Positions 44,997 to 54,529 of a stretch of DNA of 64,000 nucleotides are shown here, one piece after another. How positions within the stretch are numbered: position 1 is the stretch's first letter; each line of letters starts with the position of its first letter. Under the pieces are notes generated by a model. It did no database searches and was not told the DNA's origin. It saw only the letters and a list, made by a program, of their open reading frames with translations. This DNA comes from a virus (lineage: Duplodnaviria > Heunggongvirae > Uroviricota > Caudoviricetes), in the IMG/VR virus record IMGVR_UViG_3300018065_000012, one strand, 5' to 3'. The position numbers were made by a program, and so were the translations under genes.

Positions 44997-45032
44997 GAAA
45001 GTTCACGGCAAGTGGGCTTGCATGCGGTTAAG
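44997..45032 (+). promoter_or_regulatory. Bipartite 36-bp motif, copy 3
   Basis: Identical core to copy 2; 45 nt before the vWA gene. Confidence 0.78.
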
Positions 45033-45077
45033 TCTTTTGAAGGGTGGAAAAGGTTCAGTAATATGAAAGGATGAAAA

Positions 45078-47153
45078 ATGGTCAATCCGAAAACCGCAAC
45101 TATGAACGCGATTGAGGACAAAGCGGCTCGCGAAGTCGAAGCTGCCCTCAAGGTCATAGTTCCGTGGCTCGCAAAAAACCGCGATATCAAGATTGTTCCC
45201 ATTCCCCAAGGCGCACCCCACGCAGACATTCACAAGGGAATTCTCTACATCCCTCCGATGAATGGTATTGCGAACATCATGACCGCTCGCGCGTTCTACT
45301 TCCACGAATCACTCCACTGCCTGCTCACCAAGCTTAGCAAGAGTGAACAGCCCACGGGTGCGCTGTTCAGCATTCTCAACTCGCTTGAGGATTGCCGGAT
45401 TGAGTGGGCTGGCGCTGCGGAACACGAAGGTTGCAAAACCGTTTTTAATTGGGCCACTGATTTCTTCAACAAGCGCATTGCCAAACAGATCACCACTGGT
45501 GAGGCAGAAGCGCCGTTGTGGGAAGCACTTTGCGCAATGAGCTTCATGGTTCGCGCTCGCCAACCGGCTTGGACGCTGACCGAAAAAGCGCAGGTTTATG
45601 TTGACGCTGCGTATGAAGCGTATCGCAAAGTCACTCGCTGCAAAAGCACCAAGGCTTGCCTGAAGCTCGCCAAGGAAATTTACGAACTGCTTAAGCAGGC
45701 CAAGCAGGGGTTTGAGCAGGAACAGGAAAAATCGCCCAATGGTCAGCCGCAGGACGGCGATGACGGTGAGGGCGAAGAACAGGACAGCGAAAATCAGCAG
45801 CAGGGTCAGTCCAAGGATGATGGCGAGACGCAGGAAAGCCAGTCCAAGGATGATGGCGAAGAGCAGTCTGGTGAAGGCGAAGGTTCGCAGTCCGAAGCTC
45901 CCGCTGACATTGAGGATGAGGACGAAGGCGAGGGCAACGGCAGTGATGGCGCGGAAAGCGATGACGACAGCGAGGCCAACGGCGCTGGCGATGACGGTGA
46001 GGGCGAAGATGAGGATGATGGCGAATCCGCTGAGGGCGATGAGAGCGACAGCGGTGACGAAGGTAAAGGTAAGGCCAGCGACAAGGCTAACGATAGCAAA
46101 GCGCACAGAGACGACAAGGAAGCTCCCTCTGGTTGCGATGACGACAAAAAGTCGGATGAAGAGCACGAAGCTGAGATGGATGAGGAAGCCAAGGGTGAGG
46201 ACGAGGGCCATGCGCTTCAGGAAGAGTTGAAGGACCAGATTGAGGATGCTGTTGATAATCGCGGTGGCTATACCTCACTGCGCGAGAACGATGAAATCAA
46301 CGTTCCTAAAACAACCATTAACGACAACCATGAGTACGATGAACTGCGCCGCAGCGTGTCCAGCAAAATCATGGGCCTGTCCCGTGCGCTGGAGCAGGCG
46401 TTGCGAACGCTGTCCCGTACTCGCAAGGATTACGGCAAACGCGCAGGAGAAGTTGACCTTGGCCGTCTGGTTGACATTGCGAAAAGACTGGCCGATGACG
46501 TTTACTTCCAAACGCGCAAAGGTCAGAAGCTTGACACAGCCGTGAGCATCGTGATCGACGAATCCGGCTCGATGGGCGGTGGCCAAATGCACAACACGCG
46601 TTTGCTCGCAATCGCGCTGGGCGAGTGCCTGACGCGCATCAATGTCCCGTTTGAAATGATCGGGTCAACCACGAAGTACAGCTACGGTAGTCTGCCCACT
46701 CCCCTTTCCAAACTTTACCGTGATGGCTACGACCGCACCAATCCGCTTGTGCTGAGCCTGTACAAAAGCTTTGGCGAAACGTGGGCACGCACGAAAGTCC
46801 GCACGACCAAAATGCGTCCGCAGAACCACAACATCGACGGTGAGGTAGTTGAGCTGTGCGCCAGACGGCTGAGCCAACGGCGCGAAAGCCGCAAAGTCAT
46901 CCTGTCGCTGTCTGATGGGGAGCCTTGCGGTGGTCACGGCAACAATCAGGAAATGGCAAAGAACCTGATCAAAGTTTGCGAAAAGGTTCGCAAAGCCGGT
47001 ATTGAAGTTTACGGTTTTGGAATCGGCACGGAAGACCCCGAAGAGTTTTACGGGAAAAAGCATTTCGTGTTCCTCAAATCGGTTGAGGAAATGGGTCACA
47101 GCTTTTTCAAAGCGTTTGCGAAGATCATCACCAAGGGTCGGTTCCATAAGTAG
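45078..47153 (+). CDS. CobT-like vWA domain protein with a long acidic linker
   Basis: N-terminal HESLH..LEDCRIE; D/E/G-rich linker; MIDAS DESGSM..LSDGEP. Confidence 0.85.
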   Translation: MVNPKTATMNAIEDKAAREVEAALKVIVPWLAKNRDIKIVPIPQGAPHADIHKGILYIPPMNGIANIMTARAFYFHESLHCLLTKLSKSEQPTGALFSILNSLEDCRIEWAGAAEHEGCKTVFNWATDFFNKRIAKQITTGEAEAPLWEALCAMSFMVRARQPAWTLTEKAQVYVDAAYEAYRKVTRCKSTKACLKLAKEIYELLKQAKQGFEQEQEKSPNGQPQDGDDGEGEEQDSENQQQGQSKDDGETQESQSKDDGEEQSGEGEGSQSEAPADIEDEDEGEGNGSDGAESDDDSEANGAGDDGEGEDEDDGESAEGDESDSGDEGKGKASDKANDSKAHRDDKEAPSGCDDDKKSDEEHEAEMDEEAKGEDEGHALQEELKDQIEDAVDNRGGYTSLRENDEINVPKTTINDNHEYDELRRSVSSKIMGLSRALEQALRTLSRTRKDYGKRAGEVDLGRLVDIAKRLADDVYFQTRKGQKLDTAVSIVIDESGSMGGGQMHNTRLLAIALGECLTRINVPFEMIGSTTKYSYGSLPTPLSKLYRDGYDRTNPLVLSLYKSFGETWARTKVRTTKMRPQNHNIDGEVVELCARRLSQRRESRKVILSLSDGEPCGGHGNNQEMAKNLIKVCEKVRKAGIEVYGFGIGTEDPEEFYGKKHFVFLKSVEEMGHSFFKAFAKIITKGRFHK

Positions 47154-47204
47154 CGCCGACCTTTGGTCTTGTCTTTTGTATTTTGTCTTTTGGAGGGATT
47201 TGAA

Positions 47205-47816
47205 ATGAGCGGTAAAACAAAAGAGAAAACGAATTTTGTTGGTCACTGCGATACCGGCAAGCATGACAAGATTTACATGGCATGCATCCGCAGATGCAAG
47301 GGCGGCTGGGTAGTTGTCGGCAAATGGGGTCGTCGCGGTTACGCGCTCAAGGAGCAGGAAAAGGAAGCGCGCAAGGGCGCAGGTGTCATGATTTACAAGA
47401 ACCGCGATGCGGCAATGTATGCGGCGCAAGAGTTGTTCGCAAAGAAGCAGCGGAGCAGCGGCTATAGGAATATTGACGACGCTGACTACTCTGGGCCGGT
47501 GACCTACGGTAGCGTCAAGGATTATCTCGAAGGCGACGACCCGCGTGCTGGCAGTGGTAAGATGGACACCACTCCTACGTTGCGTCGGCCTTACAAAAAG
47601 AAGCCCGTGCGTGGCCGTCCTCGCAAGACGGTTGTTGAGCCTGAAGAATTGGTGCTGCGTTGCACCGATAACAAGGGCTACGAAGACCTGTTCGACGTTG
47701 GCGTGACCTACCTCGCCGTGAGAACGGATGACCCTGACATGTTCAGGGTGACCGACAAAATGGGCGAAGACCGTGAGGTGTTCGCGGACCGCTTTGAGGT
47801 GACGGATGAAGAGTAA
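47205..47816 (+). CDS. WGR-domain protein with a C-terminal SH3-like repeat-family domain
   Basis: HDKIY..WVVVGKWGRRG; C-terminal CTDNKGYEDLFDVGVTY..DRFEV. Confidence 0.7.
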   Translation: MSGKTKEKTNFVGHCDTGKHDKIYMACIRRCKGGWVVVGKWGRRGYALKEQEKEARKGAGVMIYKNRDAAMYAAQELFAKKQRSSGYRNIDDADYSGPVTYGSVKDYLEGDDPRAGSGKMDTTPTLRRPYKKKPVRGRPRKTVVEPEELVLRCTDNKGYEDLFDVGVTYLAVRTDDPDMFRVTDKMGEDREVFADRFEVTDEE

Positions 47817-48087
47817 AGAAGACTGGGCAGCATACGCAAAGAAATATCCGTGCGTCAAGTGCGGATATTGCTGCACCAAAAGACCTTGCGCTTTTGGCGT
47901 TTGGGATCACAAGAATAACCGTTGCGCGTTTTTAACGGAGGACAACCTCTGCCATCAATATGATAAGATCATCAAGCATCCAGACCAATGGATGAGCCCG
48001 GCTTTTGGCGCTGGTTGCTCTTCTCCGATGTTCAACACAGAGCGTGAGAAAAAGCTATGCGAGATGAACTCAAGAAACGACTCATAA
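47806..48087 (+). CDS. YkgJ-like Cys-cluster (Zn/Fe-chelating) protein
   Basis: CVKCGYCC..C..CAFL..LCHQY. Confidence 0.7.
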   Translation: MKSKEDWAAYAKKYPCVKCGYCCTKRPCAFGVWDHKNNRCAFLTEDNLCHQYDKIIKHPDQWMSPAFGAGCSSPMFNTEREKKLCEMNSRNDS

Positions 48088-48974
48088 GGATTGCGAAAGA
48101 ACTTGGCGATGATCGCAAGCCTCCGAAGGAAAAGCGTGTCGCGGCATCAGATTTGGACAGCATGAACAAGTTGCGCAAGGATGTACGCAGGCAAAAGTTG
48201 ATAAAGCGGTTGCAAGCGATTCGGAACAATGCTGGTAAATGGAAGAAGACGGTTGGCGATAATGGCGAACGTCTTTTGGTTTATTCAACAGGGCAAGCAC
48301 GCTTTGATATCGACACGCGAGAAATGGAAGTTTTTACTGGTACGGAATGGGTTCCTATTCCGGAGGAAAGTCAAATGAAAGGCGACCTTGCCATCAATGA
48401 CCTGAAAAAAGTAATCCGCATGTTAGGGGAAAACGTAACCGACCCAACCATGCTCAAGCAGCTGAAACAATTGACCGGCAGCGCACCGATAGAAAAGGAG
48501 GAAGACAACGAGATAAAGGGCTGCGAAAAGAAGTACAAGGAAGCTAAAGAATATGTACCCACGGAAGATTACATGGAAGATTACATCGAGGAAAACTACG
48601 CCGATTACGGCGAAGAATTACTCTGTGCTGATTGCCAAGATTGTAAACATATCGATGGCAATACATGCATGATGACTGAAATGGATATCAAATACGAGGT
48701 TTGCCCGCAATATAAAAAGCAAAATCCATGGAAAGGAGGAATGCCCCGCGTCAACAGGAAAAAGAGGCCCAAGCTCAAACCGAAACCGGAGCCTGAAGAA
48801 GCCCTCGTCGCGGAATGCATCAATAACAAAGGCTATGAAGATCAGTTTGACGTCGGCGTAACATATTGCTTTACAGTTACCGCAGCAGAATTGGACATGT
48901 TTACCGTGACGAATAAATTCGGGAATGAAGTGTCCGTTTTCAAAGACCGCTTCAAGATTGTGAGGGAAGAATAA
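48057..48974 (+). CDS. Hypothetical protein with a Cys motif and C-terminal SH3-like repeat-family domain
   Basis: CADCQDC..C..CP; ECINNKGYEDQFDVGVTY..DRFKI. Confidence 0.7.
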   Translation: MRDELKKRLIRIAKELGDDRKPPKEKRVAASDLDSMNKLRKDVRRQKLIKRLQAIRNNAGKWKKTVGDNGERLLVYSTGQARFDIDTREMEVFTGTEWVPIPEESQMKGDLAINDLKKVIRMLGENVTDPTMLKQLKQLTGSAPIEKEEDNEIKGCEKKYKEAKEYVPTEDYMEDYIEENYADYGEELLCADCQDCKHIDGNTCMMTEMDIKYEVCPQYKKQNPWKGGMPRVNRKKRPKLKPKPEPEEALVAECINNKGYEDQFDVGVTYCFTVTAAELDMFTVTNKFGNEVSVFKDRFKIVREE

Positions 48975-48975
48975 C

Positions 48976-49248
48976 ATGAAATGCTCCAGCTGCAACAGAT
49001 TCAACAACTGCCTTCTCAAGAGCGACTCTGTCGAGCAGTGCTCTGGATATGAGGAGGAAGAGTCGTCGCGTTTTGTCATGGTCTGCGTCAATAACAAAGG
49101 CTATGAGGATCACTTCGACGAAGGCATTGGCTATGACTTCAACGACATTCCGCTTGTGCCTGAACCGGAATTCATCACCGTGTATGACCGTTTTGGGGAA
49201 CCGAAGGAATGCTTCACCAATCGTTTTGAACTGGGTGTTGAGGATTAA
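48976..49248 (+). CDS. Small protein with a Cys motif and SH3-like repeat-family domain
   Basis: CSSC..C..C; CVNNKGYEDHFDEG..NRFEL. Confidence 0.7.
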   Translation: MKCSSCNRFNNCLLKSDSVEQCSGYEEEESSRFVMVCVNNKGYEDHFDEGIGYDFNDIPLVPEPEFITVYDRFGEPKECFTNRFELGVED

Positions 49249-49261
49249 GGAGGCATGACCA

Positions 49262-49954
49262 ATGTATTTCATGAAGTACAAGGGTGGTGCTGACGAGGGA
49301 GATTTCATCGAGGAGAAAATCTATGCAGCGCGTGATGTTCTTGAAGTTGATGCAGTTGGGCGCAAGAAGTTCTACGTCCTTGATGAGAATCAGGACAGGC
49401 AAAAGTTCGAGTTTGAGGGCGAATGTTTTCGGGAATACGAGATGGTGTACGCCGCATGGCTTGGAACGATTCCCTGCAATTACGAAACTGGACAGGTGGT
49501 TGTGATTGACCGCGCAACAGAAACGCAATATGGTATTCTGGATGGCGGCTATTACAATCATGAGTGCTTTGAGATCATCGATGGCACCAACCTACGCACC
49601 GGCATTCTGGTCTGCGATATCGAAACCGGGCGCTGGGTCAAGGTGAGCCGAACGGACGACAAGTTCAATATCTCCAGCGAGGAGAACCCCGACGACTATC
49701 ATACGCTAACCGACTTTCGCCTTGCTATTGGTGATGGAAGCGTAATGGACTTCCCCCTCGCCTATTGCGTCAATAATACCGGGGCAAACCTTACCCTATC
49801 CAAAGGCTACCCGCTCGTGGCGAGCGAGGGCGACCTCGTTTGCGTAGCGGACGATAGTGGCGTCGTGGGCGAATTCGACGTGAAGCGGTTTGTGTGGTTC
49901 GAACCCAACGAGAGTAACGATTCGGATCAATCGAACGTGGCCAAAAAAACCTAA
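49262..49954 (+). CDS. Hypothetical protein with divergent SH3-like repeats
   Basis: AAGGAGG RBS; CVNNTG..LSKGY..VADDSG..KRF. Confidence 0.65.
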   Translation: MYFMKYKGGADEGDFIEEKIYAARDVLEVDAVGRKKFYVLDENQDRQKFEFEGECFREYEMVYAAWLGTIPCNYETGQVVVIDRATETQYGILDGGYYNHECFEIIDGTNLRTGILVCDIETGRWVKVSRTDDKFNISSEENPDDYHTLTDFRLAIGDGSVMDFPLAYCVNNTGANLTLSKGYPLVASEGDLVCVADDSGVVGEFDVKRFVWFEPNESNDSDQSNVAKKT

Positions 49955-49965
49955 GAAAATGTCAA

Positions 49966-50001
49966 GAAAGTTCACGGCAAATGGGGTTGCATGCGGTTAA
50001 G
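49966..50001 (+). promoter_or_regulatory. Bipartite 36-bp motif, copy 4
   Basis: 56 nt before the AAA gene. Confidence 0.78.
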
Positions 50002-50057
50002 TCTTTTGAAGGTTGATATGAGCGCTTTTTGTCCTATGTCTTGAGCGGAGGGTAAAA

Positions 50058-51287
50058 ATGAGCTTAAACGCAAAAGAGCAGGCAGCGGTTGATGCTGCCG
50101 TCAAGCTTGCCGAGCAGCATGGCAAGGTTGATGTCGCGTGGGACGACCCTGCGGTTGAGGGACACATCGACTACTGGCGCAAAGCCAAGGTCCGGAATGA
50201 GCTTGTCCGGACGCACAAAGTGGTCGTGGGCCTTGACCCGTTCGGTAAGTCCGTCACGCTGACGTCCCGAACGGCGCTGGCCGCTGGTGCTACCACGGCG
50301 ACCACACTGGGCACGACTGACACCAAGAAATCGAAGAAGGACGATGCAGTCAAGTCCAAGAAGCGCAAGCGGACGCGCCACGAGTACCGTGACCCCAAGG
50401 AGCTGAGCGACATCGTTGAGGCGCTGAAGGGTGGCCTCAAGCCCATGATCGTCGGCCCGACGGGAACCGGCAAAACGCACCTGATGCATCGCATCGCTGA
50501 GATGCTGGACATGGAACTGATCCTCATCAACTGCAAGCGCGATATGCTGTCCAAGCACTTTTACGGCCAACAGGTCATCGAGAACGGTGACATTGTCTAT
50601 CAAGACGGTCCGGTGACCCGTGCTTGCCAGTGCGGGAAGGACAAGGACGGCAATGAGGTTGAGGAAATCGAAGTTGAGCGCGACGGGAAGATGGTGAAGG
50701 AAAAGGTAAAGCCTGCGCTGTTGGTCTTCGACGAATTCAACCAGTGCGACCCGAACATCGCCATGGGCATGAACAACCTGCTCGACGATTTCACTGGGGA
50801 GCGCTTCATCCGCTTGGACAACGACGGTGGCCGCAAGGTCGTCGCTCACAGCGGAATGCGGATTGCCTTCTTGGGCAATACCATTGGCCGTGGATTGACC
50901 GGCGAAGGCGATGACCTCTACGTCGCCCAGTCCGACGCGCTCGACATCAGCACGCTTGACCGCGTGGACGTTGTCTTCGAACTGAGCTGGAACGTTGACG
51001 CGGAAGAGGAAATCCTGCGGCTCAAAATCGGGGATGACCGCATCGTCAAGCAGTGCCTGAAATTCCGCAATCAGGTGCGTGACCACCTCAAGCAAGGTGA
51101 CACGGCTACGCCACTGTCCACACGGTTGGTCGTCGCCCTTGGCAACGCGTACGAAATCTGGGGCGATATCAACAAGGCGGTGAAGTACGGCGTGCTCAAC
51201 AAGACGATGCCCGAGGAACGGGCACTCTACAACGAGGCTGCGATGATGGCCTTTGGGCGGGACATTCAGGATATGTTCCGCAAGTAA
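50058..51287 (+). CDS. CobS/MoxR-like AAA+ ATPase
   Basis: Walker A GPTGTGKT, Walker B LLVFDEFN, GNT sensor, LDR arginine finger. Confidence 0.9.
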   Translation: MSLNAKEQAAVDAAVKLAEQHGKVDVAWDDPAVEGHIDYWRKAKVRNELVRTHKVVVGLDPFGKSVTLTSRTALAAGATTATTLGTTDTKKSKKDDAVKSKKRKRTRHEYRDPKELSDIVEALKGGLKPMIVGPTGTGKTHLMHRIAEMLDMELILINCKRDMLSKHFYGQQVIENGDIVYQDGPVTRACQCGKDKDGNEVEEIEVERDGKMVKEKVKPALLVFDEFNQCDPNIAMGMNNLLDDFTGERFIRLDNDGGRKVVAHSGMRIAFLGNTIGRGLTGEGDDLYVAQSDALDISTLDRVDVVFELSWNVDAEEEILRLKIGDDRIVKQCLKFRNQVRDHLKQGDTATPLSTRLVVALGNAYEIWGDINKAVKYGVLNKTMPEERALYNEAAMMAFGRDIQDMFRK

Positions 51288-51335
51288 CAGTCAACCCTCC
51301 GTAGCGCCTCATTGGGAGAGGCGCATATGCGGCGA

Positions 51336-51373
51336 GGGGCTGGGTCCCGCTCAGCCCAGCCCCTCTTTTTTTT
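51336..51373 (+). terminator. Rho-independent terminator
   Basis: GGGGCTGGG/CCCAGCCCC stem followed by a T8 run; extra GCGCCTC/GAGGCGC hairpin at 51304-51323. Confidence 0.85.
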
Positions 51374-51397
51374 CTTTTGGGCGCTGAGGATGAAAGG

Positions 51398-51736
51398 ATG
51401 AAAAAAGCATTTCATGAACTTGAAGGATTTTTATGGGATGCCGGATTCCTTGATTACAGTTGTAGAACACAGCCAAACCGCTTGAAAACGGAAATGGGAC
51501 AGAAACTTTCAACGTACGGACACAAACACAAGTATGTCTGTGAGATTTGCGGACGGATAGTTCACGGTGATCAATTCTGCTCTCACACAAAAGCAGAGGA
51601 AAAAGCGAGTGATCGCGCTACAAGGGGAGCAGAAACGCGAGACGAGCGGTACGGTTTTTCAGGCCGTACTACAAAAACTTACGGTGAACGGCTTGAGGAT
51701 GGTTTTCAAAAAATGGTACAACGGGCAGTAGGATAA
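51398..51736 (+). CDS. Hypothetical zinc-finger protein, YxERLxxGFQ family
   Basis: YVCEICGRIV..C.H..YGFSG..YGERLEDGFQ. Confidence 0.7.
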   Translation: MKKAFHELEGFLWDAGFLDYSCRTQPNRLKTEMGQKLSTYGHKHKYVCEICGRIVHGDQFCSHTKAEEKASDRATRGAETRDERYGFSGRTTKTYGERLEDGFQKMVQRAVG

Positions 51737-51745
51737 GGAGTAATC

Positions 51746-52654
51746 ATGCCAAGGTATTACGCACCCATCTCAGTCGAAGCGTTAGCGCAGAAAATCCTGA
51801 ACGCAGCGTACGCTAATCGCGACTATGAAGGCGACTATGAAGGCTGGGTCAATAACAAACCACCAGAGAAAAGCGCACGCGAAAACGTCGAAAAACATGC
51901 ATACCATTTGAACCTTCCGTACCTGACCAAGACCGTCGAAAAGGATTTGGCCAAGGTCGATTTCGACACGGAGAACCTTGAGGCCGAGCGAGGGGAAGGC
52001 TATGCTGGTTGCGATTTGGCAGGCTTCCATACATACGGCCTTACGTTTCTGGGCGTCACTGCCGGTGGCGACTGGGAGTGCCCGCTGTTCTTCATCATCT
52101 ACTGGGATGGCAAACAGTTACGCGGCTACATTCCCACGGCTGGAAATTCGTGGAACACCGACAACAAGAAGGCTTACGGCAACGATTGGAAAGACAAAAA
52201 CAGCAGTGATGCCATCAACTACAAAAAGCGTTATGGCGTTGAGATAGAAGAAAGTTACAGTGCGGCAAGTTTCAGCGATGGCGAGATGATTGACGACATT
52301 CAGAAGCGTATCAAACCCAACAACTTTCCTGCGGTCAATTCCGAGCCTGAAGCGTCCCCAGCTGCGCCGTCAAAGGAGAAGCGTGTCCAGTCTGCTAATG
52401 AAGGGCAGACTCTCTCTGTTGTCTTGGGCAAAGCGGACGAACAGAAAGCGAAAGCGAAAGCCAAGCTTGAAATCCCGTCCAACGACAGTGACGCCGTGAA
52501 GAAGCATTTCAGCGAGCGCATGGGATTGGCCATTGAGGGATTCCTTTCCATGATGGGTGACAGCGAAGAAAACCTTCAAGGTCTTGTCGATGCGCTGGGC
52601 GAGCTTCAGGGCAAATACGCCATCAAGCTTCTCAGCAAGAAAAAGGAGAGTTGA
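51746..52654 (+). CDS. Hypothetical protein
   Basis: TAAGGAG RBS; 302 aa. Confidence 0.75.
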   Translation: MPRYYAPISVEALAQKILNAAYANRDYEGDYEGWVNNKPPEKSARENVEKHAYHLNLPYLTKTVEKDLAKVDFDTENLEAERGEGYAGCDLAGFHTYGLTFLGVTAGGDWECPLFFIIYWDGKQLRGYIPTAGNSWNTDNKKAYGNDWKDKNSSDAINYKKRYGVEIEESYSAASFSDGEMIDDIQKRIKPNNFPAVNSEPEASPAAPSKEKRVQSANEGQTLSVVLGKADEQKAKAKAKLEIPSNDSDAVKKHFSERMGLAIEGFLSMMGDSEENLQGLVDALGELQGKYAIKLLSKKKES

Positions 52655-52655
52655 G

Positions 52656-52844
52656 ATGGAGAAACGCGAGTTTGATAAGGCGTATGGCAGGATCATTAAG
52701 CTGGCGAAGGAAGCAGGCATCCCTGAGCGCAATAATCGTTGGGACGATTTTCTCGAATTTGTTTGGGAAGCTTTTGTGTATATTTGCGCTATCACTATCA
52801 TTGGCGCGTCAGTAGGCTACATTCTTTGGGCGCTTTTCTGCTAA
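52656..52844 (+). CDS. Small membrane protein
   Basis: C-terminal TM segment. Confidence 0.55.
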   Translation: MEKREFDKAYGRIIKLAKEAGIPERNNRWDDFLEFVWEAFVYICAITIIGASVGYILWALFC

Positions 52845-52853
52845 GGGGAAGTC

Positions 52854-53015
52854 ATGCCAAAAGTTAATCTTGAGGATTGTCCGCAATGCAAGTCTTCACT
52901 TGAAGTCAAAAGGTGGGGACAAGCTTATGTGTGTTGCACAAAGTGCGATTGGACAATAAGCCTTGTCCTTTATGTTACAAAAAACGAGCAGAAGGGGATT
53001 CAATGCGCTACCTGA
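52854..53015 (+). CDS. Zinc-ribbon small protein
   Basis: CPQC..CTKCDW; below cutoff. Confidence 0.55.
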   Translation: MPKVNLEDCPQCKSSLEVKRWGQAYVCCTKCDWTISLVLYVTKNEQKGIQCAT

Positions 53016-53476
53016 TTTACGAAATGATTGGCAAGGTGGTCAAGTTCAAACTTCCCCAACGCATGGGTGGCGACAAAGTGCGCGGTGTCGTGGAAGACGT
53101 TTACCGCGATGTGCTCCGGCATGAAATCGAAATAATCTTCAGGAGCAAGAAGTACGTGTTCCGCGAACCAACTGAAATCATGCTCTCAGAAAACAATGTG
53201 CTGTTTGTCTATGGCGACATCGACACGGACACCGACGATGACTTTTTCGATCAGCTACGCAACCTATCGATGAAAGGCTACGGCGCTGACGAGGTCTTCA
53301 AATCCATGTCGAAGGTTTCCACCGTTATCACCTTCGAACTAACCGAACCGCCCAAAGAGAAGATAAGCCGAAGAGATAAGACGCGTAAGTTGTTGAACGA
53401 GAACAAGAAACGGGCCACAAAAAAACTGCGTAAAATGCGAAGAAAGTTCACGGCAAATGGCGATTCATGCGGTTAA
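53003..53476 (+). CDS. Hypothetical protein
   Basis: AAGGGG RBS before MRYLIY. Confidence 0.65.
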   Translation: MRYLIYEMIGKVVKFKLPQRMGGDKVRGVVEDVYRDVLRHEIEIIFRSKKYVFREPTEIMLSENNVLFVYGDIDTDTDDDFFDQLRNLSMKGYGADEVFKSMSKVSTVITFELTEPPKEKISRRDKTRKLLNENKKRATKKLRKMRRKFTANGDSCG

Positions 53477-53477
53477 G
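53442..53477 (+). promoter_or_regulatory. Bipartite 36-bp motif, copy 5
   Basis: Shares a downstream extension with copy 6. Confidence 0.78.
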
Positions 53478-53544
53478 TCTTTTGAAGGGTGGTTTGGACA
53501 CCTGCATTTGCAAGGCAAACCTTTTCGCGGAGGGCAATGAAATC

Positions 53545-54435
53545 ATGGCAACATATCTCAGCAACGTCAAAGTGATCGGCTACGAAGTCAAGGCCGAATT
53601 GACCGAAACCGTCATCCCGTCGGATATGGTCAAGGAAGCTGCGCGCAACGCAGGCCTGCCCGACGCGCTGGTGCCGGAGAAGTCCACGAAGTCGGCGCTC
53701 ATTCGCGCTGCCAAAGCCGTGAGCAAAACGCTCAAGGACGGCAGGCAGTCCAAGACGGGTCGCTTCAACGACCACCTCGCACGCAAGGTGCTGGACAACG
53801 GCATTCGCACGGTTGTCGGCATCGTCGATGAGTCGCGTGATGAGGCCAATGAAATCCTCGGGTACGAGCAGACCACAACCATTCGGCTCAACAAGGAGTC
53901 GGGACAGGTTGAGGCCGAAGGTTCAAAGGCCGCAGAGTTCAAGGAAGAGTTCGACCTGTACAGCGTCGGCCTGACGTCTGGCGACATCCGCAGCTACATC
54001 TACCGCATCATTCGGCGCGAGGGCAAGGGCATTGCGCTCATCCCCACGGGTGGGCTGTACTTTGTTCCCGAACCGCAGGTTGAGGTAATCGAACGCCTCA
54101 ACAAGTTCACGACAGCGCTGAGCATCGGACGCGTGTGGTACGACTGCAAGGTCGAGTCCGAGAATGCGCTGGAGTGGGTGTGGGACAGCGCCAAGCGCAC
54201 CGTGAAGCAGCAGCTGACCGACATCCTGCGCTCGGTGGCCAAGCCCAGCAAGACTGTCCGTGGGCTTGAGGGACGCAAGAAGGACTTGGCGGAAGCCGAA
54301 GCGCTCGTCAAGGCTTACTCAGAGATCACCGGCTTCGGGGAGCAGTTCGAGGAGCTGCTGGAAGAGATCAATGACGCCGCCAACCTCATCGCCAACCGGA
54401 TTGGCGAGGTGGAAGCGGCCAAAGGTAAAAAGTAA
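53545..54435 (+). CDS. Conserved phage hypothetical protein (DUF6744-like, tentative)
   Basis: GGAGGG RBS; GC-rich biased codons; GGLYFVP motif; coiled-coil C-terminus. Confidence 0.65.
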   Translation: MATYLSNVKVIGYEVKAELTETVIPSDMVKEAARNAGLPDALVPEKSTKSALIRAAKAVSKTLKDGRQSKTGRFNDHLARKVLDNGIRTVVGIVDESRDEANEILGYEQTTTIRLNKESGQVEAEGSKAAEFKEEFDLYSVGLTSGDIRSYIYRIIRREGKGIALIPTGGLYFVPEPQVEVIERLNKFTTALSIGRVWYDCKVESENALEWVWDSAKRTVKQQLTDILRSVAKPSKTVRGLEGRKKDLAEAEALVKAYSEITGFGEQFEELLEEINDAANLIANRIGEVEAAKGKK

Positions 54436-54454
54436 CCGTCCTCCCTCTACGGCA

Positions 54455-54504
54455 GGGGTGGCTGGTCTTCCTTTGCGCGGGAGATTCAGCCACCCCATTT
54501 TTTT
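54455..54504 (+). terminator. Rho-independent terminator
   Basis: GGGGTGGCTG/CAGCCACCCC stem followed by a T7 run. Confidence 0.8.
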
Positions 54505-54529
54505 CTTGAGGGACATGAATAAATCCTCG

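Noticed and set aside
45309-47879. Long reverse-strand ORFs (45309-46211, 46665-47879; also 37391-37975, 39539-40555, 50064-51095)
   Set aside because: They are antisense shadows of well-supported + strand genes with biased codons and have no motifs of their own
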